Origin: Neocallimastix sp. 'constans'
Taxonomy: Eukaryota
NCBI GenBank assembly: GCA_050613775.1
Contig: JBODTK010000015.1
Location: 1,178,001 to 1,242,000, forward strand
DNA: 64,000 nucleotides
Reading direction: 5' to 3'
This document shows, in pieces, positions 13,827 through 24,913 of the stretch. Each line of letters starts with the position of its first letter. The first letter of the stretch is position 1. Position numbers and translations under genes: made by a program. The notes beneath the pieces are model-generated. The model did no database searches and was not told the origin of the DNA. It saw nothing but the letters and a program-made list of their open reading frames with translations.

Positions 13827-13968
13827 AAAATTGATAATTTTTATAAAAAAAAAAAATTATAAATAATTAATTAACTCTACACCAATTTCAACTTAGAAAA
13901 TTGATAATTTTTATAAAAAAAAAAAAAATTATAAATAATTAATTAACTCTACACCAATTTCAACTTAG
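13827..13968. repeat. Tandem duplication of ~70 bp
   Basis: AAAATTGATAATTTTTATAAAA...TTAACTCTACACCAATTTCAACTTAG appears twice, differing in poly-A length. Confidence 0.9.
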
Positions 13969-15383
13969 CCTTAATAATGATAATCAAGATAGAAGTACCA
14001 ATATATTAAATTGATTCATATAATAGCATAAGATGTTAAAAAATGAGAATAAAAAAAAAATAAAATAAAATAAATAAATAAATAAATATTTAAAACTAAA
14101 TATTATTTCAAAAAGGGATCATTAAATCGTTATTAAAATAACATAAACTTTATAAGTTTATTTTTTTTTTTAATTATTGAAATTTTTTTTTTATTTAGAA
14201 TGTATAAAAATAATAAAGAAATTTAAAAAAAAAAAGTTTTTCTTGTCTAAAAATAAAATAAAATCAAGTTTATTTTAATAAAAAAAATATTTATTATTAA
14301 ACTTATTTTTTTAAAAAAAAAAAAATGCTGTTATATATTTTTATAATTAATAAAATAATTTTTTTTTTTTTTAAACCATACTTGAAATAGATCATTTGAA
14401 TATTATGTTATTAAATTTTAGTTTTTGATATGTGATCACTTTATTTATTTTTATTATTTTTATTATTTTTATTTTAATAACTATATAATTTTTTAGTAAT
14501 ATTTAATTATAGGATTAATTATCATAATCCTTAAATGTATATACATTAATAAAATTTAATTTAACTATATTAGTTATAATTGTAAATATATGATGTACAT
14601 CATTAATACGCCTCATATTATTTTACATTATACAAAATAATGAAAAACATATTTAATTTAATAAATAAGTAAATCTTAATTATACAAGATTTATTTAAAA
14701 TATTAAACTTTATTTTTAACAGATCAAATTTTCAATTAAAAAAAAAAAGTAGTTAAAATTTTTTAATTTAATTATTATTCCACTTATATTAATTAATATC
14801 AAAATTCAATATATTATAATACTCTACGATATATATGATCTGATATTAATTTCTTAGCATTTAATATATTTAATGAATTTCATAACCATAATTAGAATAA
14901 ACATATTTTTTAAACATTTTTCATTATTATTGAAAATTTTAATTATTATTTATTATTTAATAACCATTTTATTTAGAAAATTTATTTTTATATATTTTTT
15001 TAAAAAAAAAAAAATTCCATTTAAAATAATTAAATATATATATATATCATAATACATATAGTGTTTAAATATTAAATATATAAAATATAATTTCATAAAT
15101 ATATATAATTTTTTATTAATATATATTATAATTTTTTTTTTACAAAAAGTTATTCTAAAATAAAAATGACATATAAATTTGATACATATATAAAAACACA
15201 TAAATTAAAATACATTTAAATAAATTGTATTTATAATTACAATTACATTTATATTTTAAATGGATAATTTATTAATAATATATTATATGTTTAATTAAAA
15301 AAATATTTTTATTACATTTTATTTTTATATAAATTTTTAAATAAAGAAATTATTATTATTAAGGAAAATAACATATATTTTCA

Positions 15384-17234
15384 TTAAAATAATAATAGTA
15401 TTAAAGTTGATAGAAAGACCGCAAGATAAGTTAATATAGAAGAGTGATGAATTAAAAATCCATTAGATGAAGGGGATGAAGGAGATGTCGAAAATTTGGA
15501 ATCATCGGTTACAGATGTAGAAGAAGGTGAATTAGGCGTTCCACTAGAACCAGAAGAAGCTACTACCGATTGAGAAGTACTTCCAGTAACAACGGTGTAT
15601 GTCTCTCCAGCTGTCATTTTGGGAGAGGTAGCAAGAATTGAAGAATAGGATACAGAAGGGGTGTAGGATACAATAACATCTCCATTACTATTTTTTACAA
15701 TAATTTGATTTCCAGCACTCTGAGATGAAACGGAAGTTTGAAGGTAGGCTTGATACACACTTCCAGTTTCACTGCCACCCATTCCACCCATTCCACCCAT
15801 TCCGCCCTTTCCACCCATAGCTCTTCTGTATTTTAAATTTCTCTTATCATGGGGGTTATTAATGATATTTTGATGGGCTCCGCGATGATGTCTATCCCTT
15901 AATAGTTTTTTACCTTTTCTTAACTTAGAAAGATAAATTTCTTTATCTTTAATAATATGACTTCTTTTATTCCATCCTCCATGAGTTCCACCAGAATTAC
16001 CTCCAGGATTACCTCCAGGATTACTACCACCACCACCACTACCACCGGCAGTAGCAATAACGGTAGCTCCTTCAGCAATGGAATTACTACCCTCAGCATC
16101 TAATGCGGCCATATTACCATAGATGTCACCACTTTGAATACTAACATAGACCTCAGCATCACCACCAATATAGAGAATTCCATTGGAATCAATACCATCA
16201 GCATCATTACCTTGAACCGTAACATAAGTTTTACCACCAATAATATTAATATATACACTACCATCAGTACCGGTACTTGAACTCTGACCGCCAAAACCCA
16301 TATTATTATTATTTTCTGAAGAAGAACTAATTTTTGAAGCATTAATACCGTCATCTGATGACAAAATATGAATTTCTCCACCAAGAATATCAATCATTTG
16401 ACCTTCAAGACCTTCTCCACTTTTCTTAATATCAATATAGCCTCCATTAATGGTAAGATGCGTCTCAGCATGAATACCATCATTACCCGATGAAACACTA
16501 ATATTACCACCATCAATAACAATGTATCCTTTTTCGGCATCATCATCTCGAGTGACCTTAATACTTGAATCCGTTGAAGTAACATCGATAGTGCCATCCT
16601 TAATACATAATGAGTTTTTAGCCTTAATACCCTTTTGAATCGCTGTTGGAACTGTAATTTTTCCGCTAATCAATCTTAAATCCTTCTTGCATCGGATAGC
16701 ATCACCATAATTACCGGTAACACTTATACTCCCTGAACCGTTAATAGAAAGATCAGCATCAACAAAGAGACAAGCATCAGGTTCTTCATCAACCACAGTA
16801 TAATTCGTAGTATCCGTAAGTTTACTGTCACCAACAAGGGTAATGGTGACCTTATCAGCAGCAATTCCATAAATTGCTGGACCACTACTACTGCTGATAG
16901 TAACACTATTTAAAATAAGGTGAACGTAATCATTTTCAGTAGCTTCAATACGAAGTTGACCATTTAAGGTACCTTTTATGATATAGGTACCAGCAGCTGA
17001 AATAGAAAGAATTCCATCAGCCATGGTAGCGCCATTGCCATTCAGTGAGCAAGAACTACCATTACATTGTATAACGACATTAGTGCTTTCATCATAGCTT
17101 TCATCCAAATCCTTTTTTTTATATTCACATGTCAGTGGACCAGCTGTTAATGTTATGGTATCAGTCGTTGTATCAGTAGCTCTACAACCGGCAATAATAA
17201 ATATGATAAAGATAATAAAATAAAATAATCTCAT
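15384..17234 (-). CDS. Secreted Cthe_2159/DUF4353-like protein without dockerins; Ser/Pro/Thr stalk and C-terminal hydrophobic GPI-anchor-like signal (copy 3)
   Basis: 616-aa intronless ORF; signal peptide; same beta-helix motifs; ends SPSSNG-FLIHHSS-ILTYLAVFLSTLILLLF. Confidence 0.9.
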   Translation of the reverse strand: MRLFYFIIFIIFIIAGCRATDTTTDTITLTAGPLTCEYKKKDLDESYDESTNVVIQCNGSSCSLNGNGATMADGILSISAAGTYIIKGTLNGQLRIEATENDYVHLILNSVTISSSSGPAIYGIAADKVTITLVGDSKLTDTTNYTVVDEEPDACLFVDADLSINGSGSISVTGNYGDAIRCKKDLRLISGKITVPTAIQKGIKAKNSLCIKDGTIDVTSTDSSIKVTRDDDAEKGYIVIDGGNISVSSGNDGIHAETHLTINGGYIDIKKSGEGLEGQMIDILGGEIHILSSDDGINASKISSSSENNNNMGFGGQSSSTGTDGSVYINIIGGKTYVTVQGNDADGIDSNGILYIGGDAEVYVSIQSGDIYGNMAALDAEGSNSIAEGATVIATAGGSGGGGSNPGGNPGGNSGGTHGGWNKRSHIIKDKEIYLSKLRKGKKLLRDRHHRGAHQNIINNPHDKRNLKYRRAMGGKGGMGGMGGMGGSETGSVYQAYLQTSVSSQSAGNQIIVKNSNGDVIVSYTPSVSYSSILATSPKMTAGETYTVVTGSTSQSVVASSGSSGTPNSPSSTSVTDDSKFSTSPSSPSSNGFLIHHSSILTYLAVFLSTLILLLF

Positions 17235-17288
17235 ATTTCTTTTTCTATGAATTTTTTTTTTCTATGAATATTTTTTCAATAGAATCTT

Positions 17289-17408
17289 AAATTTTTATAA
17301 ACATATATTATTAGAATGTTAAATTTTTATAAACATATATTAATAGAATGTTAAATTTTTATAAACATATATTAATAGAATGTTAAATTTTTATAAACAT
17401 ATATTATT
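17289..17408. repeat. ~32-bp tandem repeat (AAATTTTTATAAACATATATTAATAGAATGTT), 3-4 copies, just upstream of the copy-3 start codon
   Basis: Direct reading of the sequence. Confidence 0.85.
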
Positions 17409-17500
17409 TATTATAATAATAATTATTTATTCATAATTTATTATAATTTATTATTATTATTTTTTTTTTTTTTTTTTTTTTTGTTATATTCTTTTTACAA

Positions 17501-17560
<60 letters not shown>

Positions 17561-18522
17561 CCTATCCATTAACATATAAAATATATATAATATTATATAA
17601 TAAACTTTAAAATAATAAAATAAATAAAAAATAGAAATTGAAACAAAAAAAAAAAAAAAAAGAGCAAAGTATAATAAATAAGATTTGTGTTTGAAGAATA
17701 ATCGTTGACATATTTTAAAAAAAAAATAATAATAAAATAAAATAAAAATAAAAGTAAAAATAAAAGTATAATAAATAATTAAAAATAAAATAATAATCAA
17801 ATTCTAAAATTAAAATAAAATCTTTATACTAATATATATTATATATATTTACTATATTATTAAATCTAATAATAATAAATATTTATTATTCATATAAATT
17901 ATTATAAAAAAAAAAAAAAAAAAAAAAAAAGGTTTAAATTTTATTCATCTTGTCTTTTTAAATATATATAAATTTTTATTTAATTTTTTTTTTTTTTTTT
18001 CTTTTTTTTTTTTATGAAAACTAATTAATATTATTTAATTTATGATATAAAATAAATATTTATAAAATATGTTTAATAATTTAATGTATTGATGATATTT
18101 ATTTGATAATATAATAATTTTTTTTTTTTTTTTTTTTTTTAATTATTATTATTTAATTTATCTCAAATTCTTAATGATTAGAATTATTTATTTATTATTA
18201 TTGAAAGTATTAATAAATTAATAGATTCGTAAAAAAAAAAAAAAATAATTCTTTATTGCAATTTTTTCTTTTATGTATTATAATGCAAATAAAAATTCTT
18301 AATAGATTAAATAATTTAATAAAATAAAAAAAAAAAAAATAAAAAATAAAAATAAAAATAAATAATAATAATTTTATAAATAAATTATTTAATTTCGATA
18401 TTTTTTTAATATAAATCTATATTATATGAAAAGGTTAAATAATAATTAAATTAAAAAAAAATTTTTTTTTTTTTTTCATAAAAAACAAATATTAGTTTAA
18501 TACTATAAATTCATTATTGAAC

Positions 18523-21003
18523 TTAGATAGTAAATGGCTTTAAGAATTTTATAATTTCTTCATAAAAACTATATAAAACAGTTTTAATTGATTCATTTTT
18601 TATATTAACTGATTCAGCATTTTCCGTGACTTCTTTTCCAGTCTTAGATTCATTAGTTTTTTCAATAGCTTCCTTAAGATTTTCTTTAACCTCTTCATTT
18701 GATTGTTTTTCTGTTTCAGTATCAACTAAATTTCCATCATCAATATCAATTTGTTTAACTGATTTTTTTTCATTATTATCCTTTGATGCTTCTGTAGCAG
18801 TTGAGTTTCCAACAGTAGAAGTAGTATTATAATTTTCTATGATGCCTGTTGGGGAATCAACCGATGGTGAATTAACAGAACCAGAATCAGCTTCAGAAGC
18901 AATGACAGTTTGAGTTGTACCATCGCCTAATATGATGGTATAGGTTTCATTAGCAACTATTTTTGGTGAAGTAATGAGAAGAGTTGAAAATTTAACTGTT
19001 GGTGTATAGGACGCAATAACTTCATCATCACTATTTTTAACCGTAATTAAAGTACCGGAATTTTGAGAAGAAACGGTTGTGGTAATATAAGGTTGATATA
19101 TGCTACCAGTTTCATTATTCATACCTCCATGTCCACCATTATTATGTTCACCACTATTTGGTTCACCAATATCCCCTGGACGTTGAGGTCTATCATTTTC
19201 TTTATCATTTTGGCCTGGATATTTTCCATCATCATTTGGAGGTTGACTGTTATCTTTACTATTTGGGTTCTCTCCGTCGTTTCCTTGTTGGTCTTTTTCA
19301 TTAGTATTTTCTTTTTCTTTATGAATGGAATCAACATTATCCTCAGCTTCTTGTTTTCCACCATTTTCTTCCTTAATTACTTTTTGATCATTATTACCAT
19401 TTTCGTTTTCTTGTTTCTTTCCACCACTGTTTCCTTTAGATTCAGCAGTAACGATAACTGTAGCATTAGTGTTGATAGCATTATAACCTTCAGCATCCAA
19501 AGCTGCCATAGTACCAAATATTTCACCTCCTTCAATACTAGTATACACTTCAGCTTCACCACCAATATAAAGAACCCCATTGGAATCTATTCCATCACAA
19601 TCATTACCTGAAATTGTAACAAAAACTTTTCCACCAACAATGTTAATGTATACACTTCCATCAGCACCAGTAGCTGATTGATCATGACCTCCTTTTCCTC
19701 CTTGATCATTTGGACCACCATGGAAGTTACCTTCTCCTTCTGGTCTTCTATCTATTGCTTGATCATCATTTTCTTTTTCATTATGATCTGGAATTCCAGT
19801 TGGGATTGAATCTGGAAAGCCTGTTTCAGTTTCAGTCTTAGCTTCTTTAGATTCAATTTTAGTTTTAGTTTTAGGTTCAGCTATAGTTTTAGAGTCAGTT
19901 TCATTCTTAGCTATAGTTTCAGATTCGTTCTTGGGTTTAGATTCAGTTTCAGTCTTAGCATTAGTTTCAGGTTCAGGTTCATTTTTACTTTCGTCTTCAT
20001 CATCCTCCTCTTCATTATTAATCTTTGAAGCATTTATACCATCATTAGAAGAGAAAATATGAATTTCACCACCAAGAATATCAATCATCTGGCCTTCAAT
20101 ACCTTCTTTGGAATTTTGAACATCAATATAACCATCATTAATAGTAAGATGAGTTTCAGCATGTATTCCATCTTTTTCAGTAGAAACCTTAATATTTCCA
20201 CTATCAATAACAATATAACCCTTTTCAGCATCGTCATCTCTGGTTACTTTAATAGCTGAATCAACAGAAGTAACATCTATGTTGGCATCTTTAATACAGA
20301 GAGAATTCTTAGCTTTAATACCCTTATTAACAGAACTAGGAACATTGATTGTTGCATCAATAAGTCTTAAATCTTTTTTACATCTGATAGCATCTTTAAA
20401 ATTACCAGTAACGGTTAAACTGCCGGAACCATTAATTGAAAGATCACTATCAATAAAAAGGCAAGCATCAGGTTCATCATCATCATCATTTACAAAAGTG
20501 TAATTGGTACTATCAGCAAGAGTATTATTACCAACAACTGTTATTGTAATTTTATCCGCAGTGACACCATAAATTGCTGGACCATTATCGCTAAAAATAG
20601 AAACATCATCTAAAATAAGATGAATATAGTCATCTTTGGTAGCTTCAATATATACTTGACCATCTAAAGAACCTTGAATAATGAAAGTACCAGCTGAAGT
20701 AATATTAACAAAACCTGGTGATGTAACAACACCTTCACCATCGACATCACATGATTCTCCTTCACAATGAACAACTACATCAGAATCAGCGTCATATTCA
20801 TCTTTTAAATCCTTCTTCTTATATTCACAAATAACTGGACCTGGGATCAAAGTAATCTCTGTTGCCTCTTCAATTTCTAAAGAAGTAGATTCTTCCTCAT
20901 TTAATAATGATTCATTATCATCCTCTTGAGTAATTGTAGTAACTTCTTCTGACCATACAAACAATATAAATGATATTAAAATTAACAAATAAAATATTTT
21001 CAT
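18523..21003 (-). CDS. Secreted Cthe_2159/DUF4353-like protein with long acidic low-complexity loop insertions and no dockerin (copy 4)
   Basis: 826-aa intronless ORF; signal peptide; conserved [56 protein letters not shown]-rich inserts. Confidence 0.9.
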   Translation of the reverse strand: MKIFYLLILISFILFVWSEEVTTITQEDDNESLLNEEESTSLEIEEATEITLIPGPVICEYKKKDLKDEYDADSDVVVHCEGESCDVDGEGVVTSPGFVNITSAGTFIIQGSLDGQVYIEATKDDYIHLILDDVSIFSDNGPAIYGVTADKITITVVGNNTLADSTNYTFVNDDDDEPDACLFIDSDLSINGSGSLTVTGNFKDAIRCKKDLRLIDATINVPSSVNKGIKAKNSLCIKDANIDVTSVDSAIKVTRDDDAEKGYIVIDSGNIKVSTEKDGIHAETHLTINDGYIDVQNSKEGIEGQMIDILGGEIHIFSSNDGINASKINNEEEDDEDESKNEPEPETNAKTETESKPKNESETIAKNETDSKTIAEPKTKTKIESKEAKTETETGFPDSIPTGIPDHNEKENDDQAIDRRPEGEGNFHGGPNDQGGKGGHDQSATGADGSVYINIVGGKVFVTISGNDCDGIDSNGVLYIGGEAEVYTSIEGGEIFGTMAALDAEGYNAINTNATVIVTAESKGNSGGKKQENENGNNDQKVIKEENGGKQEAEDNVDSIHKEKENTNEKDQQGNDGENPNSKDNSQPPNDDGKYPGQNDKENDRPQRPGDIGEPNSGEHNNGGHGGMNNETGSIYQPYITTTVSSQNSGTLITVKNSDDEVIASYTPTVKFSTLLITSPKIVANETYTIILGDGTTQTVIASEADSGSVNSPSVDSPTGIIENYNTTSTVGNSTATEASKDNNEKKSVKQIDIDDGNLVDTETEKQSNEEVKENLKEAIEKTNESKTGKEVTENAESVNIKNESIKTVLYSFYEEIIKFLKPFTI

Positions 21004-22286
21004 TTTTTATTTTTATTTTTTTTTTAAAAAGATAGGATAAAAAAACTATTCGTTTTTATTTCTATATAATATATTATATATAATTTTTGATTTTCTTTTA
21101 ATTACTTTTGACAATAAATATATATTAAAATAAAATTAATGCGTAGTAAAAATTTAAAAAAATAAAAAAAAAATTATATTAGGAAAATTTATTTCTTTTT
21201 ATATGTTTTGGAACCTTTTTCTAAAAAATCACTGATCATTGTTATTTATTATTATTATTATTATTTAAAAAAAAATACATTAAAAATTTGGAATCGATTC
21301 CTAATAATGTAATTAGTTTTTTTTTTTTTTTTTTTAAGTTTTTATAGTTTAATTATCTTGGCAATTCTATATTAAATTTCCTTTTCTTGGAAAAAAAAAA
21401 AAAATTACAAATAATGACATTACATATATATTTGTTAATTTTATTATCTATAAAATTTTGATAACGTAGAAAAAATAATGTTAATTATTAATTATTAATT
21501 ATTAATTATTAATTATTAATTGTTTTTTATATATTTTTTTATTTTTTTATATTTTTATATTTTTATATTTTTATATTTTTATTATTTTTTATTATTTTTT
21601 ATATTTTTTATTTTGTAGTTTGGTGAATGGTTCCATTTTTATTTTTATTTTTACGTATTGTTTTTTTATGTTTTAATTAATAATTATTTAAATAATATAT
21701 ATAAATTTTAATATATATATTAAATAAATATATAATTAAATAAATATATAATAAATAAATATATATAATAAATATATATAATAAATAAATATATAATAAA
21801 TATATAAAAGAAGGCGAAGTCAACTAAAAAAAAAAAAAAAAATTCTTAATTATTTATACATTAAATTAATTATTAATCTTATTTAAATATATATATTTCA
21901 AATACAATTCTAATTTATTAGATCAATTTATTAAATTTTAATTTAAGCATTAAAATTAAAAATGTATTTTATAACGTGCTAAAATTGGTATTTTCTCATT
22001 TAAACAGTTAAATATATGGAGTTAATCTAAATTAAATAATATTTTTGACATTTTGAAATAAACAAGTAAATAAATAAATAAATAAATAATAGAATAAATA
22101 AATAAATAACAGATAAATAACAGATAAATAAATAACAGATAAATAAATAAATAACAGATAAATAAATAATAGAATAAAAAAAAATAATAATATATAATTT
22201 TTTTTAAACAATAATTATTAAATTATTTTAATATAATAATCTTAAAACTAAAAATTATGTAATTTTCATTACTAATAGTTATTTTT

Positions 22287-22322
<36 letters not shown>

Positions 22323-23123
22323 GAAATATCAATAAAAATAGTATATAACAAAATAAAATAAAGTAAATTTTAATTCAGAATGCATTTCTTTTTAAAAAAA
22401 AAAATAAATAAATATCTATATATCTATATATATATATATAATTAATTTTTATATTATTAATTCTTTTCTTTTTATTCTACCTTACTATCTATTAATTCTA
22501 TCTTTTATTCATACTTATTATCCTTAACCATTATTTTTTTTTATTTTTATTCATATATTTATCTTTTTTTTTTTTTTTTCTTCTTTCCTAGTTCACTATT
22601 TATTTAATTTTATTAATGTGTTATTTTATTAAACTACTTAATTATTATTTTTTTTATTTTTTATTTTTTTTATTTTTTCATACTTTCGTTTTTTTTTTTT
22701 TTTTGTATTAACTCACTATCTATTTTATATTTTTATATTTATTATTATTTCACTTTTTATTCTATTTTCTCAATTTATCTTATTTTATTCAATCTATATT
22801 TTGCATTTATATATATCATTCCATTTATTCATTTACTTTTGTTTTATTTGATTTTATTCGATTTGTGCTTTACATTTGTATATCAACCATTTGTTTTTTA
22901 TTTCATTTTATTTAATTCAATCTGTATTTTTTTTTTTTTACATTTAAATACTATTAATTTTTTACTTTATTTAATTTTATTCATTTCTACAATTTACAAA
23001 TATTTATCTACTATTTATTTTATTTTTCTGATTGTTTATCAACCTTTTTTGACATTATTTTTTCTTAAGCAAATATAAATCGGTTTTATTAATTTAAAAA
23101 AAAATAAAAAATTTTTTTTTTTT

Positions 23124-23445
23124 TTAATTGTTCTTGTTAGTAAGTTGTAATAATGAGTAAGTATTTGTTTGTTCAGATGTTTTAATAAAATCTGAGATTA
23201 ATAAATGGCTATAAAAAGCTTTAGTTTTTTCAGCCATCATTTTTATACAAGCTCTCCGAGCTAAGAAAAAGTCAACATCAAGACAAAGTCCATGAGTAAG
23301 CATTCTTAATAAACCATAAGGGACAACAAAATCAAATGAAATTCTCCTAAATGGAATTTGATTAAATAATTTAATTAATGCAACAGGTATTTCAGTTTGA
23401 TTATCATTATCAATTAAAAATTCTTCTTCCATTTCCTCTACATTA

Positions 23446-23495
<50 letters not shown>

Positions 23496-24913
23496 TAATA
23501 ATAATAATAATAATAAATAAATAAATAAATAAATAAATATAATAATATAAAAAAGTTATTTTATACATATATTTATTCAATAAATAATAATGAATAATAA
23601 TAAATAATAATAAATAATAATAAATAATAATAAATAAAAATAATAATAAATAGATTAATATCAATATATATATATATAATTATTTGATAATTGATTATTA
23701 TTATTAATTTTGAAATTTAAATTTGAAATTTAAATTATGAAAAAAAAAAAAAAATTATATATATATATATATATATACCATAGTTTTCAGGAATATTATT
23801 TTCTTCATTTGACTCATTATTTGTTTGTTCTTTATTTTTTTCATTTTGTTTTCTTTTATTAATTAAAGCTCTTTTAATCTGATCGTCAATGTCTGGGGAA
23901 GGTACAACTTTAGTATTTTTATAATAAAAGTCTTTGGATACCTCTTCATTAAATAATTCTTTTTGATAATATTCTAGTTCTGAACCTTCAAAACCTGAAT
24001 ACATAACAATTCTTGTATCATTTGTTTTATCATCAATTAATATATCTTTTTCATTTTCTAAAATTGAAGGTAATGGGGTTTCAATACAACCCATTGCTGA
24101 ACAATATTTTACTTGTAAATCATAACGTAAAAATGCTGTTAATGTTCTATTTGGAAACCTTGCTAATGCATCCATAGATTCTTTATTACAGCAATTAATT
24201 AAAGAGTATTTTGATGGTTGTTTATCTTTTGTTGTGTCACTATTATTTTGTGTATCCTTATTATCTGTTTTTGATACAATTTTATCATCTTGAAATGTTA
24301 ACTGTTTACCAACATCTCCAATAACTATATTTATAAATGATTTAACAACTTTTTTTTCAAGTTTCTTTATAAATTTACTTGTTTCATTTGGAGCTGACAC
24401 AAGTGAACCAAGGTGCGGTGAACTTAGTGATAAGTAAGAGCATGGTTTTACTGCTTTAATAAATGAATATTCTTTTTTAATATATTCAAAATAATTTTCA
24501 TAATTTTCATTATCTTTGGTATACATTGAATAGAGTTTTGTTATTAAACCTCGTGCAACATTTCCACCTAATGAATGACCAGAAAATGAAATATATATTT
24601 CACAATCAACATCTTCAAATTTATTATATTTACTTTCATTACTTTTTAAATCTTTAATTAAAGTATCTTCAAAATATTTAATATATTCATTGAATTCATT
24701 TTCAAACATTGTTTCTAATGGAAAAGTTGATTTCATTCCTGAATTTGCACTTGTACGATAGCAATTTATAATATTACTTACTTCATTATCATCATCTTTT
24801 TTAAATAATTGTTCAAAAGTTTTTTCAAGATTTTGTTGTACAGCTGTGAAATCTTTATTTTCACCACCAAGTCCATGAATTAAATAACATGATAAAACAT
24901 TCAATTTCTTCAT
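23124..24913 (-). CDS. DUF676-type putative serine esterase/lipase (alpha/beta hydrolase); 2 exons: 24913-23779, 23437-23124
   Basis: LIHGLGG, nucleophile elbow GHSLGG, SSPHLGS, YDLQV, C-terminal THG; GT..AG intron joins in frame (..ENY-E-EMEEEF..). Confidence 0.85.

Noticed and set aside
23124..23432. Separate 102-aa gene
   Set aside because: It is exon 2 of the DUF676-type hydrolase through an in-frame GT-AG intron.
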